A DNA stretch of 64,000 nt from Candidatus Poribacteria bacterium (GCA_965223985.1 OZ245030.1:1924029-1988028); one strand, 5' to 3'; numbered from the stretch's first letter, positions 8,880 through 20,089 are shown. Made by a program: numbers and translations. Notes: generated by a model not told the origin, from the sequence alone.

Positions 8880-11106
8880 TTACAAAACTTTAACAACGAC
8901 GACTGTCATGTCATCAGCGAGTTCAGTAGGTGCGGTAAGTGTCCGGCCATCACTCAGGATGGCATCTACCCACTCCTGCGCGAGCTTCCGCTGGACAACA
9001 AGTGCTTTTAAGCAAATTCCACATCCGAATTCTCTCGTATTCATCCTCGCCGGCGTTTCTAGCTTCCGTAAAATCGGTTCGGGAAGCCCTTCGTTGAAAT
9101 GTGTCAATGTATAATCTCGAAGATTGATTTGGACAATCGATGTCGCGACAAATGCTTTTTTGGGGAGGATTTCTTGAAGCGATTGGTGCATCTTCGGTTT
9201 CGGGCAACAGAGACAGTTGCATTTCCCGCGCTGCCTTGATTTCCTCAACTGCGATACCTTGATAGACGCTAACCTGCCTGCGACGTTTGAAAAAGAGTAT
9301 CGTCTGCATCACGAGTATACCGAGCAGAATCGCACTGCCGCCCACTGTCGGTACGAGAAAAAGAGCTGTTTTGTGGAATGGCGTCGGAACCGTGAAATTC
9401 AGAGTTGTAGGGGTGGAATAGTTCAGATCGCGGTCGACCGCTTGCACCTCAAATGCATAGTCGCCTGGCAAAAGGTTAAAATATTGGATTTCTTCTGAAA
9501 TTATTGGGGGTTGCCAATCGACTTCTCTCCCGATCAGTCGGTGATAATAGCGCATCCCTGCCGGGCGGGTTTTGAAACTGATGGCATTGAAACCGAAAAT
9601 TACACGTTTGACTCCGGCTAGTAACGTGAGAAAATCAGTCGGGGCTTCGTAGACTTGGTCGTCGGTAGTAACTTTGGTTATAGTCAGCGGCAACTGAACT
9701 CTCTTCAGTCGGTTAAACCGGATTTCCCCACCGCCGAGCGTCCCAACCCAAACCGCTCAACTGCTGTCCATATACACAGATGTCACATTGTCATTCGGCA
9801 GACCATCTCGCGAATCGATAGTCTGAAACGTTCTGCCGTCAAAACGACTTGCTCCACCATCGAGCGTTCCAAACCACATCACGCCCCCCATGTCTTGAAG
9901 AATTGCGCCAATATAGTGGCTTCCAAGCCTGTCCGCACTGGTATAGGATGCCCAATTTTTCCCATCAAATCGACTGATGCCGCCAAACGTACCGAACCAC
10001 ATTGCACCGCTTTCATCCTGTCGGATGGCATGTACTTTGTCGCTCGGTAAACCGTCCTTTTGCGTGTGAACGGTCCAGCTTTTCGTATCTAACCGACTGG
10101 CACCGCCACCGGGCGTGCCAAACCAGACGGTTCCCTCTCTGTCTTGCATGAGTGCAAACACAGAGTTGCTGGCTAATCCATCTTCGGATGTATATGTTTC
10201 CCACTTTGTACCGTCGTACCGAGAAACGCCGCCAGTTTCGGTTCCGAACCACATTGCCCCCGTGTCGTCCTCCATCATAGTATGGACGACATCACCAGCC
10301 AATCCATCGCTTCTGGTAATGGCGGTCCACCTTTCGCCGTCAAATCGCTTTACGCCTCCGCCAATTGTCCCCACCAAAATAGCGCCGGAACGGGTTTCAA
10401 GGATCGGGGTTATGCGGTGGATTTCTCCTTCCTGAGTCTCTTGAGAGAATAGAGCATGAGGGCTAGTTCGAGAAATTCTAGTCCAGTTCTCCCCATCAAA
10501 ACGATTAAGTCCATGAATCGTTCCGACCCAGATGTTACCCTCTTTGTTTTGAAGAAGGGCTGCTACCCAACGGAACTGGCTGGTTCGGTCAACAGTGCGC
10601 CACTCTCGCCCGGCATATCGAAGAAGTCCACGTCGTGTTCCTACCCAGATAACACCTTCTCGATCAATAAGAAGAGCCGTCACTTCTCCTGATTTTTGAT
10701 TTGAGGCATCTTCAAAGGTAACACGGCGCCACTGTTTCCCGTCATAACGACTAAGTCCACCATTCGTAGCGGACCAGATAGCGCCAGTTCGATCTTCTAA
10801 AAGCGCGCGAACCGTGGCGCCGGCAAGACCATCCTTTTCTGTGTATCCGGTCCAATTTCTCCCATCAAACCGACTCGTGCCGTCAGTGGTTTGCAAGACG
10901 GAAAACACAGCGTTGTTCGCCAGTCCATCGACATGTCGGTAGGTTATCCATATCACCACGGTTCGATTCTCTTGTGTCGTGTTCTGTTGTGCCTTTGCGT
11001 CTTGAAACAGGATGCTAAGCATGAGGATGGTCAATACTACACCGATAGGGGTGCAGTACTGCGCGATTTGATATCTCCAATGCGATTTAGCGGATATTAG
11101 TTTCAT
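8880..11106 (-). pseudogene. Decayed periplasmic-sensor protein: two-component-regulator beta-propeller + Y_Y_Y domain + TM + PP2C/SpoIIE phosphatase remnant
   Basis: 449-aa propeller ORF (repeated GLxxNxVxxxxxDxxGxxWxGT units) ends at in-frame TGA 9757-9759; reading continues in same frame (AVWVGTLGGGEIRF…) into Y_Y_Y domain ORF 8950-9693; PP2C start motif (EMQLSLLP) and PP2C C-terminus (DDMTVVVVKVL, ORF 8880-9248) lie in different frames only ~100 nt apart, so the catalytic core is deleted. Confidence 0.65.
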
Positions 11107-11290
11107 GTATTCCTACAGTGTGAGCGTCTAAGGGATTAACTGCGGATAAGTCGGAACCCCATATCACACTAATAGCCATCAGACAGACTCAATGGACATC
11201 TGTTCGTGAGGAAATCGGCGGAGGTGGAAGGATCTCAACACAATTTCGGTGGTCATAGCTGTCAAGCATGTTCTATAATAATGTAGTTAG

Positions 11291-12112
11291 CTAGGTTCTG
11301 TTGACATTTCATTGTAACCAGATAATGGTAGCAACGAGACTTAGAAACCTCATATACCGAACCGCTAACTTATCAAAACGAGCAGAGATGCGTCTATACT
11401 GCTTGATTTTGTTGATAAAACATTCGATTCAATGCCTCTCTTTATACAGATGCACATCATAAGTGCGTGAATCACGACGGTTGGCAGGTGGCGGTATCAC
11501 CGCCACCGCACTCCTTTTGGTTATCGATTCAATAAATGCCATCGCGTCGTATGATGTGTCAGCTATCACATACTCACTACTATAACCAGAAATCAACGCT
11601 TCAGCACAAGTAATGTCATGCCGTTGACCCGCCGTCAGCCTAAAACGTAGGGGATTACCTAAGCCGTCAACAGCGATGTGAATCTTGGTTGAAAATCCAC
11701 CTCGACTGCGTCCGAGCGCTTGTGAAGCTTGACCACCCCTTGTTTTCAATGCGCCCCCAGCACATGGGTGCGCTCGAATGATAGTGGTGTCAATGATGAG
11801 CCACTCCATATCGGGGTCTTGGGCAAAGTGTTGATGCAACCATTGAAAGATACCTTTATCGCACCACCGAGCGAAGCGTTTATAGACGCTGTTCCAATGA
11901 CCGTACTGTTTGGGTAACAGTCGCCATTGACTACCACTACGAGTTATCCAAAGCACCGCATCAATAAAGCGTTTTAAGCGAGTTTGCTGTCCAGTGTAGA
12001 TGTCGGGACAGGTTTTAAGGAATGCTACTATTTTTGACCATTGTGTATCGGATAAGGTAAGTGTGGACATCCCCTCATTATACACAATACACAAATGTCA
12101 ACACGCCCTAGG
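11291..12112 (-). mobile_element. IS5-family (IS427/IS1031-like) insertion sequence, ~822 bp
   Basis: Imperfect terminal inverted repeats CTAGG-nnn-TGTTGACATTT at 11291-11309 and its reverse complement at 12093-12112; single DDE transposase ORF inside. Confidence 0.7.
11429..12070 (-). CDS. IS5-family DDE transposase
   Basis: ORF 11429-12094, likely start ATG 12070 (MSTLTLSDTQWSKIVAFLK…); sequence resembles IS5/IS427-group transposases (…RIDTTIIRAH…, …YVIADTSYD…). Confidence 0.8.
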   Translation of the reverse strand: MSTLTLSDTQWSKIVAFLKTCPDIYTGQQTRLKRFIDAVLWITRSGSQWRLLPKQYGHWNSVYKRFARWCDKGIFQWLHQHFAQDPDMEWLIIDTTIIRAHPCAGGALKTRGGQASQALGRSRGGFSTKIHIAVDGLGNPLRFRLTAGQRHDITCAEALISGYSSEYVIADTSYDAMAFIESITKRSAVAVIPPPANRRDSRTYDVHLYKERH

Positions 12113-12174
12113 TAATTCAAGAGTAATTTAGTTAAACCTGTCCAAAGTATAGGTCATGAGCAGGGAGTTCAACA

Positions 12175-14976
12175 ATGTATTCAAATGAAGTGTCATTAAT
12201 CGCAATCGTGGCGATTGCAGTTGGCGTGCTAACCTCTTCGAACCTGTGGGCCTCGCTTGCAATTAGCGGCTCAGACAGCGAGGTGGTAAGGACGACAATA
12301 ACCGTCGATGATTCCGGAAAGTCTGTCTTTGTTATGTGGACGACCAGGGACTGCTTTCCGCCCCAACAGCGCTGGGGTCTGCACCTGCGTTTCAATTCGT
12401 CCTCCGATGGTGGAACTAACTGGAAGGGTCGGTCAATGAACTTCACACACAATTCCCCCGTTGGTTCCAGCGATGTTCTGCCTGAACTGGCTTTCGACGC
12501 TCAAGGGAAGCTTCATCTGCTTTGGTCTCGCGGCAACGAAAAAACGTCGCCCTACTACGCCTCTTCACTTGACTTGGGGCTTTCTTGGAGCGAGCCGAAG
12601 ACAATTGGTTTGGAGGGATACGGATGGGTACAACTCAACGGTCTTGGTCTGACGGTGAGCGAGAACGGAAGGAATGTCTGGGCATTCCATAACGACGCCG
12701 ACTGGACTGCTAACGATTGCGGCTCTAGCGACGGGGGGTTGACCTGGAGACAACTCGGAAGGCATATAGCCACAGGCAGCGACATTGATGGCGGTAACCC
12801 GACCCAAAGTTATTGCTCTGATGCTATTGTCGTGGGTGATTACCGGTACGTTTTGCGAAAGCGAAACAATCAGCTCAACGTTGTGACCTACGATGGCAAA
12901 ATATGGTCGTCCTCGACTCCCACACCGGTCAAAAGCCCTCTGTTTCTGGCGGACAATCACACCATAGTAGCGGACAGCGAAGGCGGAATCTATATTGTCT
13001 TTAGTGACGCAGGCGAGATTTATTGCATGCGTTCTGCGGATAACGGCGTTACTTGGGATGGTAAAGTGCGTGTGGACGATGATTCCGAAGGCCAACACCT
13101 TCTGCCGGTGATTGGAATAATGGCAGATGGGACCTTAGTCGTTGCCTGGCAGGACGGCCGCGAATTTGCCTCTGCAATTCGCTATGCGACATCGAAAGAT
13201 GCTGGCAAAACCTGGGATGCTAGTGAGGTTCTCTCGCCTACGGCAAGGAACCAGACAGCTCCTGACATGTGTGTAAACAACGAAACCTTGTACTTCAGCT
13301 ACACCGAGGACAGCAGGGCCTTTTTCGCACGGATTCCGGCCGTACCGCCTCTTGATACCTCGAGCCTCTTTCCGAATTTCGGATTTGGTGTCTTTGGTAC
13401 GGAATTTGACGGAAGGCTCCCAGCTGGCTGGAGTTTTGATTCCTGGAAACAGGAATTCATGAAAGAAAAGTTCGGCCAGGTTTCTCCTGGGCGAAATGGA
13501 GAGGGGTTCTGTTTAGAGCTACAGCAGGGATCGCCCGCGGGTCCCCTTTCAATCCGCAGTCAGCCAGTGCCAGTGCCCGCTGATACTGCATATGTTTTCA
13601 AGGGGTACTATGCATCAGTGTGTCAGGGAAAGATGTTGGTTGTGGGACAGTGGCTCGACACAGCTGGAAAGACAGTCGGGAGTTTTGAGGTAAAACTCCC
13701 TGATACGCAGGATGACTGGATTGCGTTTTTCGAAGAGGTCTGCAGCCCGGTTAACGCAGCACAGTTGCAGATAGTGATTACAAAAGAGTGGGGGGACGGT
13801 TCTGTGCGATTCGATGACTTTTCCCTGCGCAGAGGTGTTCTACGGGACTATGCATTGGAATTTTCTCTGCCTCCGCTGAGATCGGGTGAATTGCGTTTCC
13901 CTATCTACGGTCTTTTGACTAGTGGCCCGGGCCTCGACGGAGAGTGGGAGGCTGAATGCGCCATGGCCAACTTCAGCGTCGGTTCCTGGCAAGCAAAATA
14001 TGGGTTGCGAAAGCGTATTTCTTCGACCTGGGTTTCCACTTGGCCGGACTCCGAACTGGTCAAAGCCAATGAAGATACTGAGGTTTATGATATCTCAGGT
14101 CACGATGAGCCGGGAAAGTGGCAGTATATAGACCTAGCAGAGGAAAACCGTCGATTCAGCAGACTTGCGCCTTCCAAACCTTTTGTAGTGAATCTACTTC
14201 CATGCTATGGGCCATATTCTCCCTATCCCGTCTACCGAGACTACGTCCGATTATTTATTGAAACCGTCAAGCCGTCTCTGTTTACTTATGATAACTATGC
14301 ATTGGGAGGCGAATCTCCTGCCTACGGTGGGCATTTCTTCGCCAATTTTGAAATCGTGCGTCAAGAAGCCCTAAGAGCAAATGTCCATTTTGGCTTTATC
14401 GGTTCAGTGGTCGCGTTTCACAGCATTCGCAGCCCGAGTGAGGCGGAGCTTCGCTGGCAGGCTTATGGTGCTTTGGCTTATGGCGCCCGTGCCTTGGGTT
14501 GGTTCACCTACAATACGGAGGTCGAGTATGGCGGTCATAATTGGCGAGATGCTGTGATAGAAAGGGACGGAAGCCGATCCCGGCACTATTCTATGCTGCG
14601 CCGAGTGAACGGGGAGATACTCAATCTGGGTGATACCTTGCTGCGGTTGAAATCCACGGGCGTCTTTCATACCAAGCCCTTGCCGGAACTTACTCGAGAT
14701 GGGGCAGAATCCAAGCTGTTAAGTTCAATTAGCGAGGGCCAGTGGGTTGTAGGCGAGTTTGTGGATGGTTCAGGCCAGGCCTGCTTCATGTTGGTCAACC
14801 GCGACTTCACGAAGGAGCAGAAGGCGGTTATAACGTTCAACGGCAAGCCCAAGGGGCTATTCGAGATCGATAAGACCGATGGCACACAGACGCCGGTCAA
14901 GGGCTTCAACACGCGAACCCGATCGGTGACTTTGACGGTATCTGCCGGGAATGGCAGACTGTTTCTCCTTAAGTAG
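12175..14976 (+). CDS. Large secreted/anchored BNR-repeat (sialidase-like) protein
   Basis: 933-aa ORF; N-terminal hydrophobic anchor; at least five BNR/Asp-box motifs (SSDGGTNW, SLDLGLSW, SSDGGLTW, SADNGVTW, SKDAGKTW). Confidence 0.65.
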   Translation: MYSNEVSLIAIVAIAVGVLTSSNLWASLAISGSDSEVVRTTITVDDSGKSVFVMWTTRDCFPPQQRWGLHLRFNSSSDGGTNWKGRSMNFTHNSPVGSSDVLPELAFDAQGKLHLLWSRGNEKTSPYYASSLDLGLSWSEPKTIGLEGYGWVQLNGLGLTVSENGRNVWAFHNDADWTANDCGSSDGGLTWRQLGRHIATGSDIDGGNPTQSYCSDAIVVGDYRYVLRKRNNQLNVVTYDGKIWSSSTPTPVKSPLFLADNHTIVADSEGGIYIVFSDAGEIYCMRSADNGVTWDGKVRVDDDSEGQHLLPVIGIMADGTLVVAWQDGREFASAIRYATSKDAGKTWDASEVLSPTARNQTAPDMCVNNETLYFSYTEDSRAFFARIPAVPPLDTSSLFPNFGFGVFGTEFDGRLPAGWSFDSWKQEFMKEKFGQVSPGRNGEGFCLELQQGSPAGPLSIRSQPVPVPADTAYVFKGYYASVCQGKMLVVGQWLDTAGKTVGSFEVKLPDTQDDWIAFFEEVCSPVNAAQLQIVITKEWGDGSVRFDDFSLRRGVLRDYALEFSLPPLRSGELRFPIYGLLTSGPGLDGEWEAECAMANFSVGSWQAKYGLRKRISSTWVSTWPDSELVKANEDTEVYDISGHDEPGKWQYIDLAEENRRFSRLAPSKPFVVNLLPCYGPYSPYPVYRDYVRLFIETVKPSLFTYDNYALGGESPAYGGHFFANFEIVRQEALRANVHFGFIGSVVAFHSIRSPSEAELRWQAYGALAYGARALGWFTYNTEVEYGGHNWRDAVIERDGSRSRHYSMLRRVNGEILNLGDTLLRLKSTGVFHTKPLPELTRDGAESKLLSSISEGQWVVGEFVDGSGQACFMLVNRDFTKEQKAVITFNGKPKGLFEIDKTDGTQTPVKGFNTRTRSVTLTVSAGNGRLFLLK

Positions 14977-15132
14977 TAGCCATAGGCTGGAATAAGGTAT
15001 TGGTACACAAAAAAAAATTAGAATCTCAAAGGAACCCTCCCGAAAGTGTGTGTTAATGATGCAGCGGATTCGTTCACAATGCTTAGGCTTCGGAACCGTC
15101 GACAGGATTTGTCCAGATTTTAAGAATAGTCC

Positions 15133-15678
15133 CTAAACTTCACCGATGCGTGCTAAACCACATTCCCAATCACAATCCAAACAGAAACTCACACCCTTGG
15201 TAAGATTCTGGATTTTGCCACCGCAGTCTGGGCAAGTGAAACTATCCGATGCGTTGGAGCCAGTCAATCCCTGGCGTTCTGAAGTTGGGGAGGATTGGTT
15301 CAGGGTGTCCACCAGACGATGCCTACACTCGTAGATGTGCCTGTTGCACTCCGGACAGCGATAGAATAAGTTGGAGTGTAAGCCGGTAGTATCTGGCAGT
15401 ATGATGCATTGCAACGCATAGATTGCCGCGTTGTGGCGCACAAGCCGTGCTTTTCCCGACCCTTCAATGGCAATTGCATCCCACTTGTTGAGATGGGGCT
15501 CTAGTTGGATTACGAGTTCGTCAATTCGATAAGCAGCGGCTTCCCATGGCTGATCGGTAATTCCGAAGATAACGCTCGTCCGCTGCGGGGCAATCTGTTC
15601 AAAAACGCCACCACCTGCGAGTAATTTTGCGGGTGAAAAACCATCTTGAAAAGCAAAATGATTCTCAGTCAAATGCAT
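15133..15678 (-). CDS. Hypothetical protein with C-terminal Cys-rich zinc-ribbon-like motifs
   Basis: 181-aa ORF; CPECN…C…H and CPDCGG…CLDCDWEC motifs; no family recognised. Confidence 0.4.
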   Translation of the reverse strand: MHLTENHFAFQDGFSPAKLLAGGGVFEQIAPQRTSVIFGITDQPWEAAAYRIDELVIQLEPHLNKWDAIAIEGSGKARLVRHNAAIYALQCIILPDTTGLHSNLFYRCPECNRHIYECRHRLVDTLNQSSPTSERQGLTGSNASDSFTCPDCGGKIQNLTKGVSFCLDCDWECGLARIGEV

Positions 15679-15885
15679 TGAAATAGCCTCTTTTGCGCGA
15701 TACGGTCAGACTCAAATGTGATGCATTCAGGCTGCTAATTCCTTATTCTCGTAATTTCCTCAACCAGCAATTTTCGAACATGGTGGCCTGAGTCACTTGG
15801 CACAGTAAGTCTTCGTGTTTAAGTATACCGGTAGTAATTGTGATGGCAAGTAATTATTCATTAGTAGTGTGTTTTCGTAACTAAC

Positions 15886-16683
15886 CTAATATCCCAACGT
15901 TCGAAGATATTCCCGGTTGATCTGTAATCTCTCTGCGTCGGAACGATTCTCGACTTGACCGGGGCATACCGTCACCCAGCGGCTATAATCAATTTCCGCT
16001 AATGTTTTCATAATTGAAGGAAAATCAATTGTCTTTCCACCGCCGATATCAATCCAATCGACTTCATAAAGGGTACCGTCTCCACCGGAAGCCTGGCTGT
16101 AATCCTGAAGGTGGACATAGATTAGCTCATCCTTATACCGGCGTATTGCCTCAACAGGATCGCATCCCCATAGCGCAGCATGTGATACATCAATACACAG
16201 CTTGCACTTCCGGAGCAGATTCATATATTTTGCCCAGTCCTGAATCGAATCAACAGTTGTGTTCGTATGGATATGGTAACAGACCTCCAAATTATACTGC
16301 GCAGCGTATTCCGCCCACTCCTCGGAAATGTCTGCTAGTGCAGCAATGTCCGAATCGTTCACGGGGTAATCCTTAGGTTTGTCAGCGCCCATGAACATGA
16401 AACCATCCGCTCCAACTTCAGCGGCGAATTCAATCCGTCGTTTATTAATCTCGATTTGATACCAATCTTTATCAATTGGTAGTCCGTGTGCGGTTACCAC
16501 AGCGACAGGTAAACCGACATTGTCGCAAACCTGTCTGACTCGCTTGGGTGTGCCAAGCCAATCGAGTGATTGTCTCAGTTCCCACCCATGCCATCCTGCT
16601 TCCTTAATCTGGGTTAGAAGCAGTTCAAGATTCGGTGTTTGCCAACGCAAAGTGCTGTATCCAAGCTTGAATCCCATGCACAA
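15886..16683 (-). CDS. Sugar phosphate isomerase/epimerase (xylose-isomerase-like TIM barrel)
   Basis: 265-aa ORF with typical family layout (GYSTLRW…, …HIHTNTTVDS…, …VHLQDY…). Confidence 0.65.
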   Translation of the reverse strand: MCMGFKLGYSTLRWQTPNLELLLTQIKEAGWHGWELRQSLDWLGTPKRVRQVCDNVGLPVAVVTAHGLPIDKDWYQIEINKRRIEFAAEVGADGFMFMGADKPKDYPVNDSDIAALADISEEWAEYAAQYNLEVCYHIHTNTTVDSIQDWAKYMNLLRKCKLCIDVSHAALWGCDPVEAIRRYKDELIYVHLQDYSQASGGDGTLYEVDWIDIGGGKTIDFPSIMKTLAEIDYSRWVTVCPGQVENRSDAERLQINREYLRTLGY

Positions 16684-17042
16684 TCTCCTATTGAATGGGG
16701 AAAAGTAGATAAATGAAATGGATTTTCTACCTTATTACAATCGCTGTAGCTTGTCAAGGAATTTATCGAGAACAGCATCAAACTAATCGTGTTGAATGTT
16801 TAGGAAATTTGTTCCTTGACGAACATAGTGTTAGTGTGAGATAATTTAAGTGCGGTCGAAAAATTGGTTCAAGCTTCGACGACACTTAGTATTCAATATC
16901 TCAAGAGGGATTTATCACAGCGATTGCACAGGTTCAACCGAAAGTTTTTGATTACGAATCCCCAACAAAGAAGCTGGAGAATTGCTTAATAAGTCTTAGT
17001 GCTGACTGCTGACGAGTAAGAAACTATCGATAGCTTTGAGAC

Positions 17043-17801
17043 ATGAGAACACCAATCGTCACTGGTAACTGGAAACTCTACAAGACAATCAGTGAAGCTG
17101 TAGAGTTTGTTATTGCGTTGCGCGATTTAGTCGCGGATGATACCGATGTTGAGATTGTTATCGCTCCGCCCTTTACAGCTCTGTCGGCGGTTGCGAGAGC
17201 GCTAGAAGGCAGCAATATTCGTCTTGCAGCGCAAGATGTGTTCTGGGAAGATAAAGGCGCGTTTACCGGCGAGGTTTCGCCAGTGATGCTTAAGGAGTCC
17301 GGCTGTGACTATGTGATCATCGGTCATTCTGAGCGACGACAATATTTCGGTGATACGGATGAAAGTGTCAATCGCAAGGCAAAAGCAGCACACATACACG
17401 GATTAAAACCGATTCTCTGTGTGGGTGAAAAACTTGAAGATCGGGACGCCGGAAACACTGGATTGGTCGTTGAAGAACACGTCATAAACGGAACTTTTGG
17501 CTTCTCCGAGGAAGAAATTCTGTCTACTGTGATAGCCTATGAGCCAGTCTGGGCGATTGGCACAGGCAAAACGGCTAGATCGGTTCAAGCGCAGGAAGTT
17601 CACGGTTTTGTCAGATCGTTGTTATCAAGAATCTACCCGACCAATGTGGCAATGCAAGTGCGGCTCCTGTATGGCGGAAGTGTCAACCCAGACAACACTT
17701 CCGAGTTTATGACGCAACGAGATGTGGATGGGGTCTTGGTTGGTGGATCGAGCTTAAAAGTTGAGTCATTTGCACGGATCGTGAAAGCAGCAAACAGATA
17801 A
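17043..17801 (+). CDS. tpiA: Triose-phosphate isomerase
   Basis: 252 aa; catalytic motifs NWK, IGHSERR, AYEPVWAIGTGKTA; followed by secG as in many bacteria. Confidence 0.95.
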   Translation: MRTPIVTGNWKLYKTISEAVEFVIALRDLVADDTDVEIVIAPPFTALSAVARALEGSNIRLAAQDVFWEDKGAFTGEVSPVMLKESGCDYVIIGHSERRQYFGDTDESVNRKAKAAHIHGLKPILCVGEKLEDRDAGNTGLVVEEHVINGTFGFSEEEILSTVIAYEPVWAIGTGKTARSVQAQEVHGFVRSLLSRIYPTNVAMQVRLLYGGSVNPDNTSEFMTQRDVDGVLVGGSSLKVESFARIVKAANR

Positions 17802-17819
17802 AGTAAAGCGAGGATTATC

Positions 17820-18197
17820 ATGGGAATTTTTGTCGGGCTTGTAATGGTCACTTTCGTGCCCGTATGTATTTTATTGGTAGTCATCATTTTGTTGCAAGAT
17901 AGTAAAGGTGAGGGACTGTCATCAAGCGCGTTTGGTGCTTCTGAAGTACAATCAATTTTGGGAGGTAGAGGGGCGGCGACCTTCCTCTCCAAACTTACAA
18001 CGTGGCTTGCTGTTGGATTTATGTTGATGTCGCTCTTTTTAATGCGTTTTTACGGTGATATTAAAAGTGGCGGATTGAAGCCGCTTGAGGCGGAAGTGAC
18101 GCAAGCGGAAAACGCGATTTCCACCGATAATGAGGATAATGAAACAGAAGCAGATGAAGCCATTGAAGCGGGTGACGCTGAATCTGATAGTCAATAA
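17820..18197 (+). CDS. secG: Preprotein translocase subunit SecG
   Basis: 125 aa; two TM helices; N-terminus MGIFVGLVMV…ILLVVIILLQDSKGEGL typical of SecG; conserved tpiA-secG synteny. Confidence 0.8.
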   Translation: MGIFVGLVMVTFVPVCILLVVIILLQDSKGEGLSSSAFGASEVQSILGGRGAATFLSKLTTWLAVGFMLMSLFLMRFYGDIKSGGLKPLEAEVTQAENAISTDNEDNETEADEAIEAGDAESDSQ

Positions 18198-18261
18198 TCC
18201 TTATTTTCAGACATTACGCTTTCCCCTTTCCAATTGAGTTTTCAACTCTGTAAATCCACCA

Positions 18262-18678
18262 ATGTCCAATCAAGGAACTCCTCAAGAAAGTTGGACTGTC
18301 CACCCGCTCTGCGACAGTTGGAATCGATCATTACTCTTGCTCCTTTTCCTCATCGCTTTCTTCTCTAGCGTCTATTTTTTCTGGCGGTCTGCGTGGGTTA
18401 CTTTCTTTTCAGCGATCCTTCTATTGGGATCTCTGTACCGATATTTCGTACCATTCCGCTATGAACTCTACGCAGATGGCTTAGTTATCACTTCGCTGTT
18501 TTACCGAGTCACAAAGTCATGGTCTGACTTCCATAGTTTCTACGTTGATAGAAACGGTGTATTACTTAGCCCATTCGCTAAACCCTCCCGGCTTGAGAAT
18601 TTCCGAGGTCAATATGTTCGCTTTGGATCTAACCGACTCGAAGTGATTGATTTCATCAAACGTAAAATTTCATCATAA
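18262..18678 (+). CDS. Small membrane protein, bacterial PH-like domain (hypothetical)
   Basis: 138 aa; two N-terminal TM helices then short beta-rich domain. Confidence 0.4.
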   Translation: MSNQGTPQESWTVHPLCDSWNRSLLLLLFLIAFFSSVYFFWRSAWVTFFSAILLLGSLYRYFVPFRYELYADGLVITSLFYRVTKSWSDFHSFYVDRNGVLLSPFAKPSRLENFRGQYVRFGSNRLEVIDFIKRKISS

Positions 18679-18903
18679 AGATGTAAACGGAAGCAAATCA
18701 CTGCCATCAAAGGTTAAGGCTGATGAAAGACCGTGAACCGATAGGGTCATCTCGGTAGTAAATCATTTCCTGATATTTCCCCCTCGCGATTTTGTGTTTG
18801 ATTAAAAATTCGAGTTATGCTATACTAACCAACCTAATTGAGCTACACAACCCACAATAATTTCCATCAGCAGTGATGGGCGAACAAGGAGGAAAGTTCT
18901 CTA

Positions 18904-19695
18904 ATGATGAGTTCAAATGACTCTGTAAAGATGAGCATAGCCGCTTTGCTTATACTTATTTTATTCGTTGCCGGTTGCATGGGGGGAACAGCGTTAAAAC
19001 ACGAATCACCGGTTCATCCCCCTGAAAAACTGCCTGAAGATATCGTACTTGATGTAGACAACCCTGACTTTTTCAAAATCGCTGCTAAAGGGCCAATACT
19101 CTCAATGACGCAGAAGGATATTACCGTTTCACTAACCTATTGGCGAAATGCAGATCTCAATTTCAAATATAATCGTGGGAGCTCAGTCTCACCTTTCTAT
19201 GAAACAGAAGCGCTTCATCAGGGCGATAAAACAGACGTCTTTTATGTCAAAATCGAAAACAATAGTCCCCAGAAGGTGTTTTTCAGGGTGCAGGGGAGGC
19301 GCGTAAGAGATGTGGGCGGAGCAGCGGCGATATGTGAAATTGCCGATATGAGAGAGAATCGTTTCCCAGTGTTGAGCTATGTTGATTTGGACCAACGTCT
19401 CAGATACATGAAAAAAGTCGGCGGGCTGTATGTCAAAAATGGACTCAGGATAGCGAGGCAAATCTTACTCGAGCGTCAGATTCCAGACAATGAAATACAA
19501 CCGGGGACAAGCGCTGAAGGATTTCTTCCATTTCAAGAGTTGAAACTAAACACCAGAGAGCTAGAGGTGATCATCCCGTTGGAGAAAGCACCACCGGAAG
19601 GAACAGCAGGACGTTATCAAAACGTAGTGTTCAGGTTCCCCTTCGTACACTCCGAATCGATTAGACACGCTCAACCTGCAACAAATAGATACTGA
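18904..19695 (+). CDS. Hypothetical lipoprotein
   Basis: 263 aa; signal peptide with lipobox-like FVAGC. Confidence 0.45.
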   Translation: MMSSNDSVKMSIAALLILILFVAGCMGGTALKHESPVHPPEKLPEDIVLDVDNPDFFKIAAKGPILSMTQKDITVSLTYWRNADLNFKYNRGSSVSPFYETEALHQGDKTDVFYVKIENNSPQKVFFRVQGRRVRDVGGAAAICEIADMRENRFPVLSYVDLDQRLRYMKKVGGLYVKNGLRIARQILLERQIPDNEIQPGTSAEGFLPFQELKLNTRELEVIIPLEKAPPEGTAGRYQNVVFRFPFVHSESIRHAQPATNRY

Positions 19696-20089
19696 TGTCT
19701 GTATTATGTATGAAATAGTTAATCTTCAAAGTTGGCTAAACTAATCTTCTAGCCGACTGGGTCTACGCTTTATTTCGACGGGAGAGGCATGCTTGGCTAA
19801 ATGTGCAACTGGGGGCGAATTGCGTTAAACAGAATGCGGAATCCCATCCTATTTCCGCTTGGACACTGAAGCATTGAAGACATCAAGTGAAAGTATTGAC
19901 CCCTGATAATTTCGCTTCCCTCGTTGTTCTAAGACGCCTTGCTTTCAAGAGTAATCTCCTACCATCAGATTCATTGATTTATTTCTTTCAAAAGCGCTGT
20001 TCTCAGTTGTCAAGGTGGATGGCTTTGCGTGTGTCGCAAAATCCGAGTTGTAGGCTTCGCAGGAACGTCTTTCTTGAACCTGAATGGTG

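Noticed and set aside
9757-9759. In-frame TGA inside the sensor gene as evidence of an alternative genetic code (TGA=Gly)
   Set aside because: Many clear genes in the window terminate with TGA at sensible positions, e.g. 417-419 at the ATGA overlap between the two M16 genes. The same gene also carries a deletion and frame change. A nonsense mutation in a pseudogene is the simpler explanation.
19696-20089. tRNA or other structured RNA gene in the 400-bp gap
   Set aside because: No cloverleaf-compatible arms or conserved T-loop (GTTCRANYC) recognised by eye.
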